DNA of 64,000 bases from Histomonas meleagridis 2922-C6/04-290x (GCA_020184695.1 JAANOX010000069.1:318668-382667); one strand, 5' to 3'; positions 47,709 through 59,869 are shown, numbered from the stretch's first letter. The notes: generated from the sequence alone by a model not told the origin. Program-made: numbers and translations.

Positions 47709-47854
47709 TCCAAATACGATCAAAAAGTATTGAATTTCAGAAAAAGAAAAAAATAAAAATTCTGACTTCCAGGAAATGAAACTAATTGCTCATATAATTG
47801 ATATTATAATTTAAGATATTTTTAATCAAAATATTTTAGCTAATATTTCTTTTT

Positions 47855-50365
47855 TTATGCAATAAATGTTACCACATTTTCATTATTTCCATGAACCCAA
47901 ATAAAAGGCGGCATAGCATCACTTACAAAATCTAATATACCTAGCCAGAATGCTGGGTCTTGGCTTGTTCTTGGAATTAACATTGAACATAAAATCAATG
48001 AACTATTTTCAGAATGTTCTAAAATCAATTCTCTTAATCTTAAGAAAGTATTTAAGTTACTTGTATCAGTTTCATTTTGAATGTTTAAGTTTAGATTATT
48101 CCATTGTTGTATTGTTTGATCAGAAGGTGGAGCATCGATTGCAAGAACATTTACTTCTGCTTTAATTCTAAACATTTCCAATAAATGTGCCATTTTTAGT
48201 TGGAATTCTAAAATGTATTGTTCATTTGATATAATAGTAAACACTCTTAATTTACAATGTTTCCATTTTGGATATTGATCAAGTAAATGTGCAAATAATA
48301 TAATTAATCCACCATCATCAGCAAGCCACCAAACATCTATAGGCCATCTTTGTTCTATATTTGTATCAAATAATTCAAACCCACGTGAAATAGCTACTCC
48401 AAGATTTCCATCAAGTGCTGCACCTACCATATCAAATATATATGTGTTATCATAAGTTGTTTTAATAAAAGGTATTGCTAAAATATTTGGTCCTATTTTA
48501 CCAAGTTTACATGTATTACTTACATACAATACAAATTGAACGGGATCAATTTTTTTCCAATTTCTAGTATAGTATTCATCTAAGTTAGGTTTTTCTTCTG
48601 TTTCTTCGCCAATACAAGAAACACATAGAAGTGAATAAGCTTGTTCAATGATTTGTTTAAATGGAACAATATTCTTTAATTGCTTTTCAATGTTTCCTAC
48701 TTCATAATTTATTACAAACTCAATTTCAGGATGATATGATTTAACATGCTCTGGAATTTTCTTTAATGTATCAATTCCATTAATAGTCCTAGTAAAAAGA
48801 AGTGATTGCGTAAATTCACCCCAACTTGCATTTGGTTTTTCATTCCAATGGAAATACATAAATAATAAAACTGTAATACCTATCACGACAAAAGCAAATT
48901 GCCAACTAATCAAAAACATTGCAGCAATGCAAAACGAAGCTCCTAAAATAGCTGTTATAGGATGATAATACTTCCAGGCAGGTCTCCATGAAGGTGAATG
49001 ACTCATTTTCCCTACTAAACAACTTTGGCAGACAATTGCATAACTAATTAAGAAAAATTGAGTAAGAGCTTTGCTTACTGCATTTAAGTTTTCGAAAATA
49101 AAAGTACATACGACAGTAATTGCCCAACCAAGAACAAAACCTCGTATTGGATCATCAGATCCTTCTTTTCCTTTTTCAAAGAACATGAAAATTTTAGGCA
49201 ATAAATTATCTCTACATAATGCTTGAAATGTTTTAGGGCCACCTACTAAACAAGCTGATGCAGATGATACTGAAGCAGCAATTACACCAAACGTAATAAA
49301 ATATTTCCAAACAGAAATATCAGCTAATATATGCATATTTGTATGTAATGTATCTCTATCACCAGCAGAAGAAATTATCAAAGCTGTCAGTATATATAAA
49401 AATGTTGTAAAAGCAATTGCACCTAATGTTCCATATGGAATTGATTTTTGAGGCTTTTTAAGATCACCACTGATGTTAGCACCTGCCATAATGCCAGTAC
49501 ATCCTGGGAAAAAAACAGCAAATATTGACCAAAAATTATTTCCATTTCGAAAATCTGGACCAAAGTTATTTTTTACATTTGTAATCGTCCATTTTGGATT
49601 TGAAGGAATACAAAATCCAAAAGTAATAGCAAACAAAGATAGTACGATTAATACAGCTAATATATACTGCAAATAAAATTCCCATTCTAAAGAAATAATA
49701 TCTGTTATTAACAATATTGTGACAAGAGTTATACCAATTATAGGAATATCATATTTCCCATCTTTTGTAATATTTTTACCTACTAATTCATGAATAACTT
49801 CAGTAAAACCATATGCATTTAAAACAGTACCAAAAGTTGTTGCAAATGAAAACATTACTCCAATTGTTCCACCAAAATCAGCACCTAATGATCTTGATAT
49901 GAAATAATAAACGCCACCACCTTTCACAGTTCCATTAGTTGCAAGTGCTGACAACGATAAAGCTGTTAACGTAGTTGTAATACCACATAATAAAATTAAA
50001 ACAATTGTTAATCCAAGACCAAGATTGCCAACAACCCATCCAAGTCTAAGATAATAAACAACAGACAAAATATTAAGTGTGCACCTAAGGAAAACACCAC
50101 TAAACGTCCCATAGTTCCCACCTTTTTTTTCTTGCTTCTTCATGCTAACATAGTTGCCAACACCATCTTGTCCATGCCTGAGCTGTTTGGGATTCGATCG
50201 CTTGATGGCAAAAGATCTATAAAACATTGTTGATGGCATTGCCTCACTGGTGTCAATAACTGAGGGGATCATCTCATTATCAGGAGGACGTACCTCATTT
50301 TCAGTGCCAAGTTGATCATTTGGATCTTCTTTATCAAAAGACTTATATGCAAATGTATGACTCAT
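47855..50365 (-). CDS. SLC12 cation-chloride cotransporter
   Basis: GGVYYFISRSLG, FFPGCTGIMAGANISGDLKKPQKSIPYGT, PSWRPAWKYY and IDVWWLADDGGL. Confidence 0.93.
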   Translation of the reverse strand: MSHTFAYKSFDKEDPNDQLGTENEVRPPDNEMIPSVIDTSEAMPSTMFYRSFAIKRSNPKQLRHGQDGVGNYVSMKKQEKKGGNYGTFSGVFLRCTLNILSVVYYLRLGWVVGNLGLGLTIVLILLCGITTTLTALSLSALATNGTVKGGGVYYFISRSLGADFGGTIGVMFSFATTFGTVLNAYGFTEVIHELVGKNITKDGKYDIPIIGITLVTILLITDIISLEWEFYLQYILAVLIVLSLFAITFGFCIPSNPKWTITNVKNNFGPDFRNGNNFWSIFAVFFPGCTGIMAGANISGDLKKPQKSIPYGTLGAIAFTTFLYILTALIISSAGDRDTLHTNMHILADISVWKYFITFGVIAASVSSASACLVGGPKTFQALCRDNLLPKIFMFFEKGKEGSDDPIRGFVLGWAITVVCTFIFENLNAVSKALTQFFLISYAIVCQSCLVGKMSHSPSWRPAWKYYHPITAILGASFCIAAMFLISWQFAFVVIGITVLLFMYFHWNEKPNASWGEFTQSLLFTRTINGIDTLKKIPEHVKSYHPEIEFVINYEVGNIEKQLKNIVPFKQIIEQAYSLLCVSCIGEETEEKPNLDEYYTRNWKKIDPVQFVLYVSNTCKLGKIGPNILAIPFIKTTYDNTYIFDMVGAALDGNLGVAISRGFELFDTNIEQRWPIDVWWLADDGGLIILFAHLLDQYPKWKHCKLRVFTIISNEQYILEFQLKMAHLLEMFRIKAEVNVLAIDAPPSDQTIQQWNNLNLNIQNETDTSNLNTFLRLRELILEHSENSSLILCSMLIPRTSQDPAFWLGILDFVSDAMPPFIWVHGNNENVVTFIA

Positions 50366-51072
50366 TTTGATTAGATAATTTTTTTATAACTTTCGAAAAC
50401 TATAAAGAAAAAACCAAATATATAAAAAGAAAAAATTAACACATATTCCACAAGTTAACAATTTTGGTTCTAAAAACATTTTTTTATAGGAAATTCAATT
50501 TTGATTCCGCCGAAAAGATAAATTGAATTCATAAGTAAGATGTTTGGCCTAAACCTTCTTGAATTCTTTTCCAAAGTTAACAGTGTTATGGATTCAGCGT
50601 TGATTTAAACAAATTAAATAATTAATAAAACTTTAAAAGAATTTCAAACGGTTGAAATACATAGCTAAAACGAATAGATATGCATTCCTTGTGTTTGTGT
50701 GTTGGAATGTCTTAGAGCACCAAGGTAAAACAATTCAGCTTGGCCACTTGACATCCGAATGACACTTTTCCAATCGACCAAAGCGGCTGTTTATCAAAAA
50801 GTGCCATTTTAACCAGCATTCTTTTTACGAAATCAAAAAATATTCATATCTCAATATTAATCTTATTACTATGCATTTTAGTTGGCAAAGAATTCTTTGA
50901 TTATGTTTTTTTATTAGGTGAAGTTTGATATTAATGTAATATTCTGATAAAGATCTTTGAATCATGTAACTGCTTAAATATATTGTCACTTTTTTACACG
51001 TAGCTTAAATTGTAAGTTTTACACCAACTTCAAATTTTCACTTTTTAAAAAAAAATAGAAAAACGACAAGAA

Positions 51073-51402
51073 ATGTTTGCTTTCTTGATATTCAAGCTTT
51101 GCTCATCCTATTATCCAACAGAAACTATATCATGGCAGCCAAAACCAAATACGCCAGCTTGGCCATCAGAAACAGAAGAATGGAGTATACCACCGACGGA
51201 ATATCCAAATCAAGTAAATCCTTCTTCATCAACCATTGAAATTGTTGGTATAGCAATTGCTGCAGTCTTCTCTTCTGCGTGTATTATAATTGTAGCAATA
51301 GTTTGGATTTTTGGTCCTAAACTTCAAAAGGGAAGAGATAGGATGGATAAGAAACTTGATCAACCACTTGTTGAAAGTATGAACGATATTCATACCAAAT
51401 AA
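51073..51402 (+). CDS. Small type I membrane protein
   Basis: Hydrophobic N-terminus, P/T-rich ectodomain, TM IVGIAIAAVFSSACIIIVAIVWIF and short tail. Confidence 0.7.
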   Translation: MFAFLIFKLCSSYYPTETISWQPKPNTPAWPSETEEWSIPPTEYPNQVNPSSSTIEIVGIAIAAVFSSACIIIVAIVWIFGPKLQKGRDRMDKKLDQPLVESMNDIHTK

Positions 51403-51942
51403 ATAGTTTATGTACAATTGTATATTATTATTTTTGTTTCAATTTACGATAAATTAAGTTTCAAGTTTCGCTTGCAAGTTACGATTTAAACCAAAGAAGG
51501 AAGTCTTTGAGATCTTGTTTTAATATTTTTTGAGTGATCTATTTTTTATAGAAATTTCCTTTGTCCAAATACATTTTTAGATTTTTCGTTTGTGGCACAT
51601 AAACAATTTAATAATTTACAAGGTAGTGTTTCATAGATGCATCATTTTTAAAGCAATTAAATTTTATAATAAATTTTTTCGAGTGATGTTAATCAGTCAC
51701 ATGTATAATTAGGTGTTCTGGTCTAGGAATTATTTAATTTACTTAAGTCATTGTGAATTAGAAAGTTATTTATCAAAACACATTAATATAATAACTGTTT
51801 ACATATTATTCAATTTATCTTTTAATATAAGGCAATCAAATAAATCTTAAAATTATGAAAGATGTATAATTATTAATAATATTTATTTTCTAATGTTTTT
51901 ACATTTTAAAAAAAAATGAAAAATAATTTGTTTTTTTTTATT

Positions 51943-52164
51943 TTATTTTCCATTGCAACAATTCAACTGATTTTCAATAAACACCAATCTCCTTTCCAAT
52001 TGTGTTAACTTTTGATTTAGGTCAGCAATACGTCCTCTTACGTTTGAATGAAAAGTGTTTAAAAATCGGACAACTCTCATCATCCCAAGAGATATGCTTT
52101 GTGTGAATTCACGATTTTGGAAATCACTTTCAACAGCAGCTCGAATAGACTGATTTTCGGACAT
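51943..52164 (-). CDS. BRK1: BRICK1/HSPC300 (SCAR/WAVE complex subunit)
   Basis: DFQNREF...FLNTF...RGRIADLNQKLTQLERRLVFIE matches the BRK1 consensus. ATG at 52164, 73 aa. Confidence 0.85.
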   Translation of the reverse strand: MSENQSIRAAVESDFQNREFTQSISLGMMRVVRFLNTFHSNVRGRIADLNQKLTQLERRLVFIENQLNCCNGK

Positions 52165-52470
52165 ATTGCTTTTGACATTACATAAAAATTTTATGTCCAT
52201 CCGATAGATCCAACGGCAAATTTGTAATTTCAGATAAATTAAAACAAACAATGTCAACTCAAATTTATAATAATAAAATTAATTTTAAGAAACATTTTTT
52301 AGAGATGTTATAATTATTTATATTACGCAATTGTGCATAAAGGCCTTATAACCAAGTATGAAACTTTTTTTCTTAATATTTTATTGCGAATTTCATCCAT
52401 TTTTTATTGAATGTATTCTTGTATTGCACGATTAACTTTGCAAGTTACGTTATATTCATTTTTCAGCTCT

Positions 52471-53051
52471 TTAATCATTATTTGTACCTGTAATTAAGCT
52501 TCTTTGTGTATAACTTGTGATTGAGTCATTAACAATTCTTTTAAGATAGCTTATTTTGTTTGCAATGTTGTTTTGAATATTTTCATCAAAGAATTCAGAT
52601 AATATTCTCATTGTATCGTTAAGTTTTTGCATTAAATAATTTTTGATTTCCATTTTAACTCTTTCATCATAGAATCGATTCTAAACCAATTGCGTTTTCA
52701 CAATTATTTTTCATTTGGTCAAGTAAGTTTTCGAAGAATGGGGCTCTTGACTATGTTATTTGATTTTATTTCTATACTTTTGTTCATTATTTCTATTTGA
52801 ATCAACGTTACTTTTATAAGATTGAAGACTTTGTTCAGTATTTTCTCCTGTAACTATTTCTATTTCTTCTAGTATGTTCTTAATGAAGAAATTTGAGTTC
52901 TAACATATTTATATGCTTTTTCTTGTACTTCATTGAATTCACTTTTTGTTATTTTATTTAAGCATTCATCACTGTTTATTTGAATTTGGTTCATAGCAAT
53001 TGTATGAATTTCATTGTAATCAGTTGATGGACTTCGATGAATATTATTCAT
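52471..53051 (-). pseudogene. Fragmented coiled-coil-like coding remnant
   Basis: Two 60-aa ORFs and intervening frameshifted coding-like sequence. Confidence 0.3.
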
Positions 53052-53486
53052 TAAAATTGCTTTTCGGATGGTAAAATTTCATCAATTCCTTTCTTAATCA
53101 ATAAATATAATTCATTTATTTTTTCATTTTTAATAATATTCAGTTAAACGTTTTGATATTTTTTTGTAAACGTGCTTAGCTTGGAAATTAAAACCGTATT
53201 TTTTTCAATGTATAAACTATTCATTCCAAAATTGAGTGAGCAGAATTTTGACAAAGTCTGTTTGCATCTTTTTTCTCTAAAAGGTAATTTATTTTAATGA
53301 TAAAGCAAAGACCTCATGAAAAATGGTAAAAGATTATAACTTAGTATTTCAAAGATCAAAAATGTATACTTAAAAAAGAATGGTTATTCCCAATAAATAA
53401 TTTAAAATTTGATAAAAACAGTTACAAAACACATGTTAATAATTAGAACTGAATAAAGCAATAGAACTGGTGAGAAATATTTTAGA

Positions 53487-53896
53487 TTACGATTCAGTTG
53501 TTGTATAATATTCATCAGTGTAATATCCATCACTTCCATAAGAATAATATGATGAATCTGTGCCAGAGTGATCAGGTTGTGGTGGTTGCTGTGGTGGAGC
53601 AGCTGGTGGAGGTGAAACAGGTGCTGGAGGAGGAGTTGACTGTTGTGGTGGAGCAGCTGGTGGTGGTGCTTCAGGTGCTGGAGGAGGAGGAGATTGTGGT
53701 TGTGGCTTTGTCTGCTTCTTGCTTGAAGACGCAGATGGTTCGTCAACTTCTTTGCACATTGACCTGAGTTAACCGTCAGTCTCCGAACAAGAATAACGGT
53801 TTGGCTGAAAAAGTCATCGGATTTGAATAAGATCTCATTCAAAAACCCCTTTCCCAAAAAGTTACGCGGACATTCGGAAAGTTTCCATTTTGACAT
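53487..53896 (-). CDS. Small Pro-rich protein with S/Y-rich tail; possibly joined to an upstream segment by one 17-nt spacer
   Basis: The Pro-rich ORF 53487-53759 is clear. The upstream frame from ATG 53896 joins it if 53757-53773 is skipped (131 codons). Confidence 0.45.
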
Positions 53897-54219
53897 ATCA
53901 AAAAATTTATTAAATTTCATCTTTTTTTTTCTTGATGTCACCAAAACCTTTCGTACTTGGAAGTTTTTCTTCTAAAACTGATTAATTTTAGAATATATTA
54001 AAGGAAAATCAAATGTCATTTTCATAGCCATCTTTTAAAAAATTATTTTTGTGTTAAAACAATTTAATTTTTAATTTTTTGTACAATAGAAATAAAAAAG
54101 AATAAGATGAGACACACAAAAATAGTAATTGTTATTTAGGGAATCAAACTAAACGATTTACCACAAAACAAAACATTTTTTTTTTTCATTTTTAGACAAA
54201 TACTTAAATCAAATTTATT

Positions 54220-55732
54220 TCAAGATATGAAACATTTTTCTTCAGGCTTTCCTCCATGCGCCTCCAAGAAATTCATCACATCCACCGAATTATATTTCTT
54301 AGCTAAGTCATAAGCTGTTACACCTTTTCTAGCCTTTGCTAATGGGTCGAAACCTATTGATAGTAAATATTCTATCATTTCTATTCTTTCATTTGCTGCT
54401 GCCCAATGTAAAGCATTCCAAAACACAACAAATAAATTCCGAAAATGTCAAACAAATTTTTGAATCTGTAACATTAATATCAGCGCCACATTTTACGAGT
54501 AACTTCGTGACTTCTAATTGTCCATTTAAGCAAGAGAAAAGAAATGGCGTTAATCCATGCATATCCGACACATTAATATCAGATCCTCTTTCAATTAAAA
54601 GCATAGTACAACTCAAACTACCATAACCAGCAGCTAAACTCAATGCACTCCAAAACATTCCAAATAAAATCCAAAAAATTTAAATATATTTCAAAGCTTT
54701 TGATGGAAATGTCTGATTTGTAATCAAGTAAAACACGGACAATATCAGTTAGCCCAAATTTTGATGCCCAATGAAGTGGAATCATATTATATTTATCGGG
54801 TATATTAACTTCAGCACCTTTTCGTAATAGTAAGTAAACTATTTCGAAGGATTTCATACGTACTGCTGTATGTAATGCAGTCCAATTATTAGAATCAAGA
54901 TAATTAACATCAATCCCACGATCAATAAGTGCTTCAGATGCTTCAATACACCCGCTTCGTACTGATAATATTAAGGAATTATTACCAAGTGAATCAACAG
55001 CTGATATGTTAGCACCTTTATCTAATAATAAGTTAAGGGCTTTAACAGAATTGGTTTGTGCTGCAATCATCAATGGCGTTATTCCATTTTTAGATGGACA
55101 GTTTACATCAGATCCATTATCTAATAAAAATGATATAATTCCAATTTGATCTTTAGCTGACGCAAAATGAATAGGTTCCCAAAAAGTGACAAATTAACGT
55201 CTTTGGCATTTTTTGATTGAAGTGATGAACCATTACTCCAAAGAAATTTAACAACTTGAAGTTGCCCGTATAGTGATGCATAATGAATAGGAAGGTTTCC
55301 TTCGCCAAAGGTTTTGAAAAAACATCGAGACATTCATTAAAATTAATACCATGTTCAGAAAGAATATTAATGATTTCAATAGACCCACCAGCTGCGGCAA
55401 AATGTGGACACGATCGAAAAAATTAAAAGAAAATCCTTACAAAATAAAAAAACTTTTTCATCTTTTTCCTCAATATTTGAACCATTAATAAGTAAATATC
55501 GAAATGAATTGATGGATTTGTTAAAAGCTGCAACAGATATGGTATTAGGTTTAAATTGTAACATATCATCATTTCTTGTTTCATGTGGTGATAAAATTGT
55601 TGATGTTATATCAGAAGTTTCCATTAACTTTGATAACTCTGGGATGCTGTCTTCTTCTATAACCTGAAAAACATGAAGATTTCGAAGAGTTTCAAAATCT
55701 TCTTCTTCAGTGTTATTTTCTTCTTTCTCCAT
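54220..55732 (-). CDS. Multi-ankyrin-repeat protein (458 aa after skipping eight 17-nt spacers)
   Basis: Five listed ORF fragments join into one frame (1513 - 8x17 = 1377 nt). The junctions give DEKGRSCPH, LDGEGNLPIH, AKDWEPIH, SFEGWSAL and DSKGWNALH. Confidence 0.88.
54421..54457 (-). other. 17-nt spacer + GGA micro-exon (54438-54440) + 17-nt spacer
   Basis: aaa | atttgtttgacattttc | GGA | atttatttgttgtgttt | tgg. Confidence 0.85.
54653..54689 (-). other. 17-nt spacer + GGA micro-exon (54670-54672) + 17-nt spacer
   Basis: gaa | atatatttaaatttttt | GGA | ttttatttggaatgttt | tgg. Confidence 0.85.
55182..55198 (-). other. Single 17-nt spacer
   Basis: gac | gttaatttgtcactttt | tgg gaa cct. 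Confidence 0.8.
55307..55323 (-). other. Single 17-nt spacer
   Basis: gat | gttttttcaaaaccttt | ggc gaa gga aac. Confidence 0.8.
55417..55453 (-). other. 17-nt spacer + GGA micro-exon (55434-55436) + 17-nt spacer
   Basis: aaa | gtttttttattttgtaa | GGA | ttttcttttaatttttt | cga. Confidence 0.85.
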
Positions 55733-55996
55733 TCAATTGAATTGTTTACACCTTTGATGACACTTTTTCATGGTCAGATGAACATTTAACATGAGAAAAT
55801 TCATAATAAAAAAAGGTCTGAAGTAATGCCAATTTGATTAAACTCAAGAGCTAAATTTTATTGAAAGCACCAGAAAGAAAAAATATTGTAACTGGTTATA
55901 GTATATTATGAGATTTTTAAAATAAAAGAATTTTTTAATATAATATTTATTAAGATATCATCTATGTTACTTTAGAAATTTTATGTTTTTTAAATA

Positions 55997-58131
55997 TTAT
56001 TTGTTATAACCCCTTTTTGTTTTAAGAAGTAGTTCAAATATTTCTGTATGATAATTTTTCATTGCGAATGTGAGTGGTGTCTGTAATAATTTAAATAATT
56101 ACCAAATATTATTTTAAAAGATCAAAATTTTAGCATAAATATTATTTTGTGCATTAATATCGATTCCTTCTTGTTCAATAAGTAATTTCACTATTTCTAT
56201 ATTTCCATAATATGAAGCTTCCATTAGCGCTGTATCAAATAATTTGAATAATTTCCAAATATTACTTTTAAATGTTAAATTATTAAAATAAATCCAAAAT
56301 AAAACAAATGAATATTTCTAGCATTAATATCAATTCTTTTTTGTTTTAAAAAGAATTTGACTATATCAGTATAACCTTTTTTAGCTGCTTCAATAAGTGC
56401 TGTGTTGAATAATTTATATAAATTCCAAATATTACTTTGAAATATAAAATTATTAAAATTTATTTTGAATAAAGTAAATAAAGATCTTTGGTATTAACAT
56501 CAATACTATTTTGTTCAATAAATAATTTAACTATTTCTATATGACCATTTTTAGCAGCTCTAATAAACGCTATATTAAAAAAATTAAATAATTTTCAAAC
56601 ATTATGATGAAATATCAAATAAGACAATGAAGTGTCTTTAGTATTGACATCATTTCCTTTTTGCTTAAGAAGTAATTTGACGATGTCAAGGTAACCATTA
56701 GTTGATGCAAATATAAGAGCTGTATTAAATTTATTGAATAATTTCCAAATAGATTTTTGAAATATCAAATTATTAATATAAAAATTAAACAAAATAAATA
56801 AATATCTTTAATATTAATATCAATTCCTTGTTGCTCAAGAAGCAATTTAACTATATCAGTATATCCATTTTCTGATGCAATTATTAGTGATGTTTTACAT
56901 ATTTAAAATATTCTTCAAACATTTTTTTGAAATATTAAAATATGAATGTAAATATTATATAAAACAAATTAACATTTTTTTCATTTATATCAATATCTTC
57001 TTGTTCTAAAATATATTTAACTAGTTCAATATTTCCTGATTCTGAAGAGTATGTTAATATGTCATCAGGTATTAGATTTTCTTGAAGAAAATATTTGATA
57101 AGAAATATATTTCCCATTCTAGCTGCTTGGTTTATAATTGAATCTTTGGCTTCCATTCCTTTTTCAAGTATGTAAGATAAAACTTCATAATTATGATACA
57201 AAACACATGTTTTTCCTAGATGTATTGAATAATTAATTTCATCCATTTTATTTTCATAAATATATGTAAAGATATTATTCCTATGAAATTCAATTGCTGA
57301 TTCTAATGAAGCTTCAAATGATGAATGATTTTTTTCGCATAAATGAATAATTTCAAGATTTCCACCTACTGCTGCGTACTTGCCTGTATAATATAACTTG
57401 GAACCATTCATGAGTAAATATTTAAAACATTTTATTGATCCAAAAAATGCTGCATAATCAATTAATGAAACATTATCTTGGTTGATAAAAGAACATCTTT
57501 CATAAAGTGATGGCTCAATAAATTGATTAAAATCAAAGTTTTCTTGTGATGATATTTCTTGAAGTTTTTCGATTTCATCATATCGAATTATTTTTGCAAT
57601 TTCATTGGGATTAACTCCTTCATTAATTAATTGTTTATGAAGTTCGCAATCATTCTTTGAAAGTTCAGCATAATTTTTATGTATATATTTAACAAATGGA
57701 TAATAATCATCTAAACTTTCAAATTCTTCAAAAGACATATAATGCATAAAATATGGATTTGTTTTTATTTGCTTTTTAATTTCTTTTGGATCAATCATAC
57801 TTTGTATAATCATTTTTTCAATAAGATAATATGATTCTTGCGTTTCTTTATGAAGGAGAAAATGTATAAAAAAATTGGATATTCGACACATATTTTTATT
57901 TGCCTCATTTGCATCAATTTCTTTCAAGAAATGTAAAAATATATCAAAATCATTTGTTCGGATTACATATGCAAAGTATAACATCTGGCTAATAATTTGG
58001 TTAAAAGAATAAATGTAATTTTCTTCAAGCATAGAAATGATTGAAATTATTGATTGTGAGAAATTCTCACTGTTTAAGCCAAAAATTATTTGTTCCATAG
58101 ATTTAAGTTTATCGATTTCGTTGTTTTCCAT
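55997..58131 (-). CDS. DUF3447-type ankyrin protein with 6 spacer trains (22 spacers), fully open after skipping
   Basis: ATG 58131. Trains at 56894-56973, 56724-56803, 56574-56633, 56404-56483, 56234-56313 and 56081-56143 give KNNNEKTSL, KDNDGNTAL, KDDENIAF, KDKYGNTAL, RNWNGDTAL and QNNDGQTPL. Stop at 55997. Confidence 0.85.
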
Positions 58132-58230
58132 TTTTAGCAAGATATTTTGTTATATGATTTATTTGAACGATTAACGGTCTGAATGGAATACTGATAGACC
58201 GTTAACGGTTTTTTAAGTCGTATTCATGCA

Positions 58231-58726
58231 ATGGATGAAACTGGCTTATGGAACGAGAATGTTGTTCAAAGAAAATTTTGTGATCCTTCAGCTATGGACT
58301 CAGGAGTAATTTTACTAGGAAATCATCGAGATACGGGAGTAACTACAATTTCAGCAAATGGAATTGTTGATCCATATTTCATCCAACATATACCACAAAA
58401 AACACAAACAAAAAATGGTCAAAAGATAATAATTATTAAATAATTATTAAATGTGTAAAGGTGTATCTGGTATGGGATTAACTCAAATGGAAGACTGGAT
58501 AAAACATTTTGGAGATATGAATGGAGCTCAAAAGAATGTCTTATTGATGGATAGACTCAGAAGTCATATTAATCAAAATATTATTGATGAACTTCAAAAT
58601 AAGTACGACACTAAGGTATTTCACTTTCCTCCACAAGGAGCGAAATTTGCCAGTGTATGTAATAATTCTTATTTTTCAACTTTAATGAATCGTTTTACCC
58701 TGATGTCTTTCCAATTCGCAATTTAA
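58231..58726 (+). mobile_element. pogo/Tigger-like DDE_1 transposase remnant
   Basis: MDETGLWN, TTISANG, LLMDRLRSH and FHFPPQGAKFASVCNN. Confidence 0.65.
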
Positions 58727-58789
58727 AATCTGCGATAAATTGGTGTGAAACTAAAAAATCTTCCGTTTCTTCAAAATTTGTTATGTCTT

Positions 58790-59000
58790 GCTATTTTGTT
58801 AAATATGCATTCATAGCGATTATAATGAAGTCTTCATTGGTAAACACATAACCAGGTTGTAAAAAACAACTGACAATAAAATCCTTAATTGATTGTTTTT
58901 TTATGTCTGTAAATATCCTATGACCACTTCCATGGTCATTATTACATGGTCTCCAAGCAGGATTATGCTTTAATATATCTTTTCAGGAATTTAGTGTGGA
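58790..59000 (-). mobile_element. N-terminal remnant of a second pogo-like transposase
   Basis: HNPAWRPCNNDHGSGHRIFTDIKKQSIKDFI, resembling parabasalid HTH-DDE transposase N-termini from memory. Confidence 0.4.
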
Positions 59001-59869
59001 ATCAGGAATTTTACTTGTTTGTGCAATCTTAGTAATTCTTGGGTATCCTCTTGAAATTTGAGTTTTAACACATTCGAGCATTGGCCTTTTTTTGTAATTC
59101 GTGTAGTCTTTATGAGGTTTTTTTGGAAATATATTGCTGTGCATTGTGGCCACACTAGGCCGTTTATTATTTTTTGAATACTATAAACGGTCGTAAAAAT
59201 CGCGAATTGGAAAAACATCAGGGTAATAAAATTAATTAGTGTAAATTTGTGTTTGAGTTGCTATAAAACTATGCTTGGCGTGTGATGGATGCAATTGTTC
59301 GACCATTGATTAATTTTGATGCCATTTTAGTCCTTTGTAATTTGCATAAGGACAAACCTATCGGAAATTTTAATTAATATATAACCCCTAACTGTTTCAA
59401 CCTAAATTGAATTATCAGTAATTGTTAGGCAAATTTCATCACATGTTCTGATTTATTATCGATATCATATCATATGTTATGTTTATTTTTAATTATTATT
59501 GGTGACCATTTATATATCTTATTTCCATTGTAAATTCGTCTTTTCTAGGATTGTGGATCGATTTTTATCTCCCTTATCTATAATTGCTTGTTATACATGA
59601 TGTTATTTAATGATATTATATTTGAATATGTTATACATGATCATGTAATATACATAAATATTTTATACATGAATTTGTTTTATGCACCAATTGATATTTT
59701 TTTAATTTCATTCAAATAATTTCCTACGAAGTATATAAATCATTCAAATGTAAATTGAAAATATTTCTCTGAATTTTTTCTATATAGAACAACAATAACT
59801 AAATTACACAAAAATAATTGTGAGGTGTTCCACTTTTTAAATGACAGTTATATCAAAAAGTTGTGATTT

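Noticed and set aside
54421-55453. Ordinary GT-AG or AT-AC introns, or classical matched-codon bypassing
   Set aside because: No frame-restoring AG or AC 3' ends, no branch motif, and no matching take-off and landing codons.
54421-56973. Spacers as MITE insertions or sequencing artefacts
   Set aside because: No TIR or consistent TSD. The sequences differ while length and position are fixed, and they interleave meaningful codons. Sequencing errors do not produce this.
58197-59191. GACCGTT...AACGGTC as TIRs of one pogo element
   Set aside because: Only 7-8 bp with no matching TSD. The motif is common across the window, and the enclosed fragments are in opposite orientations.
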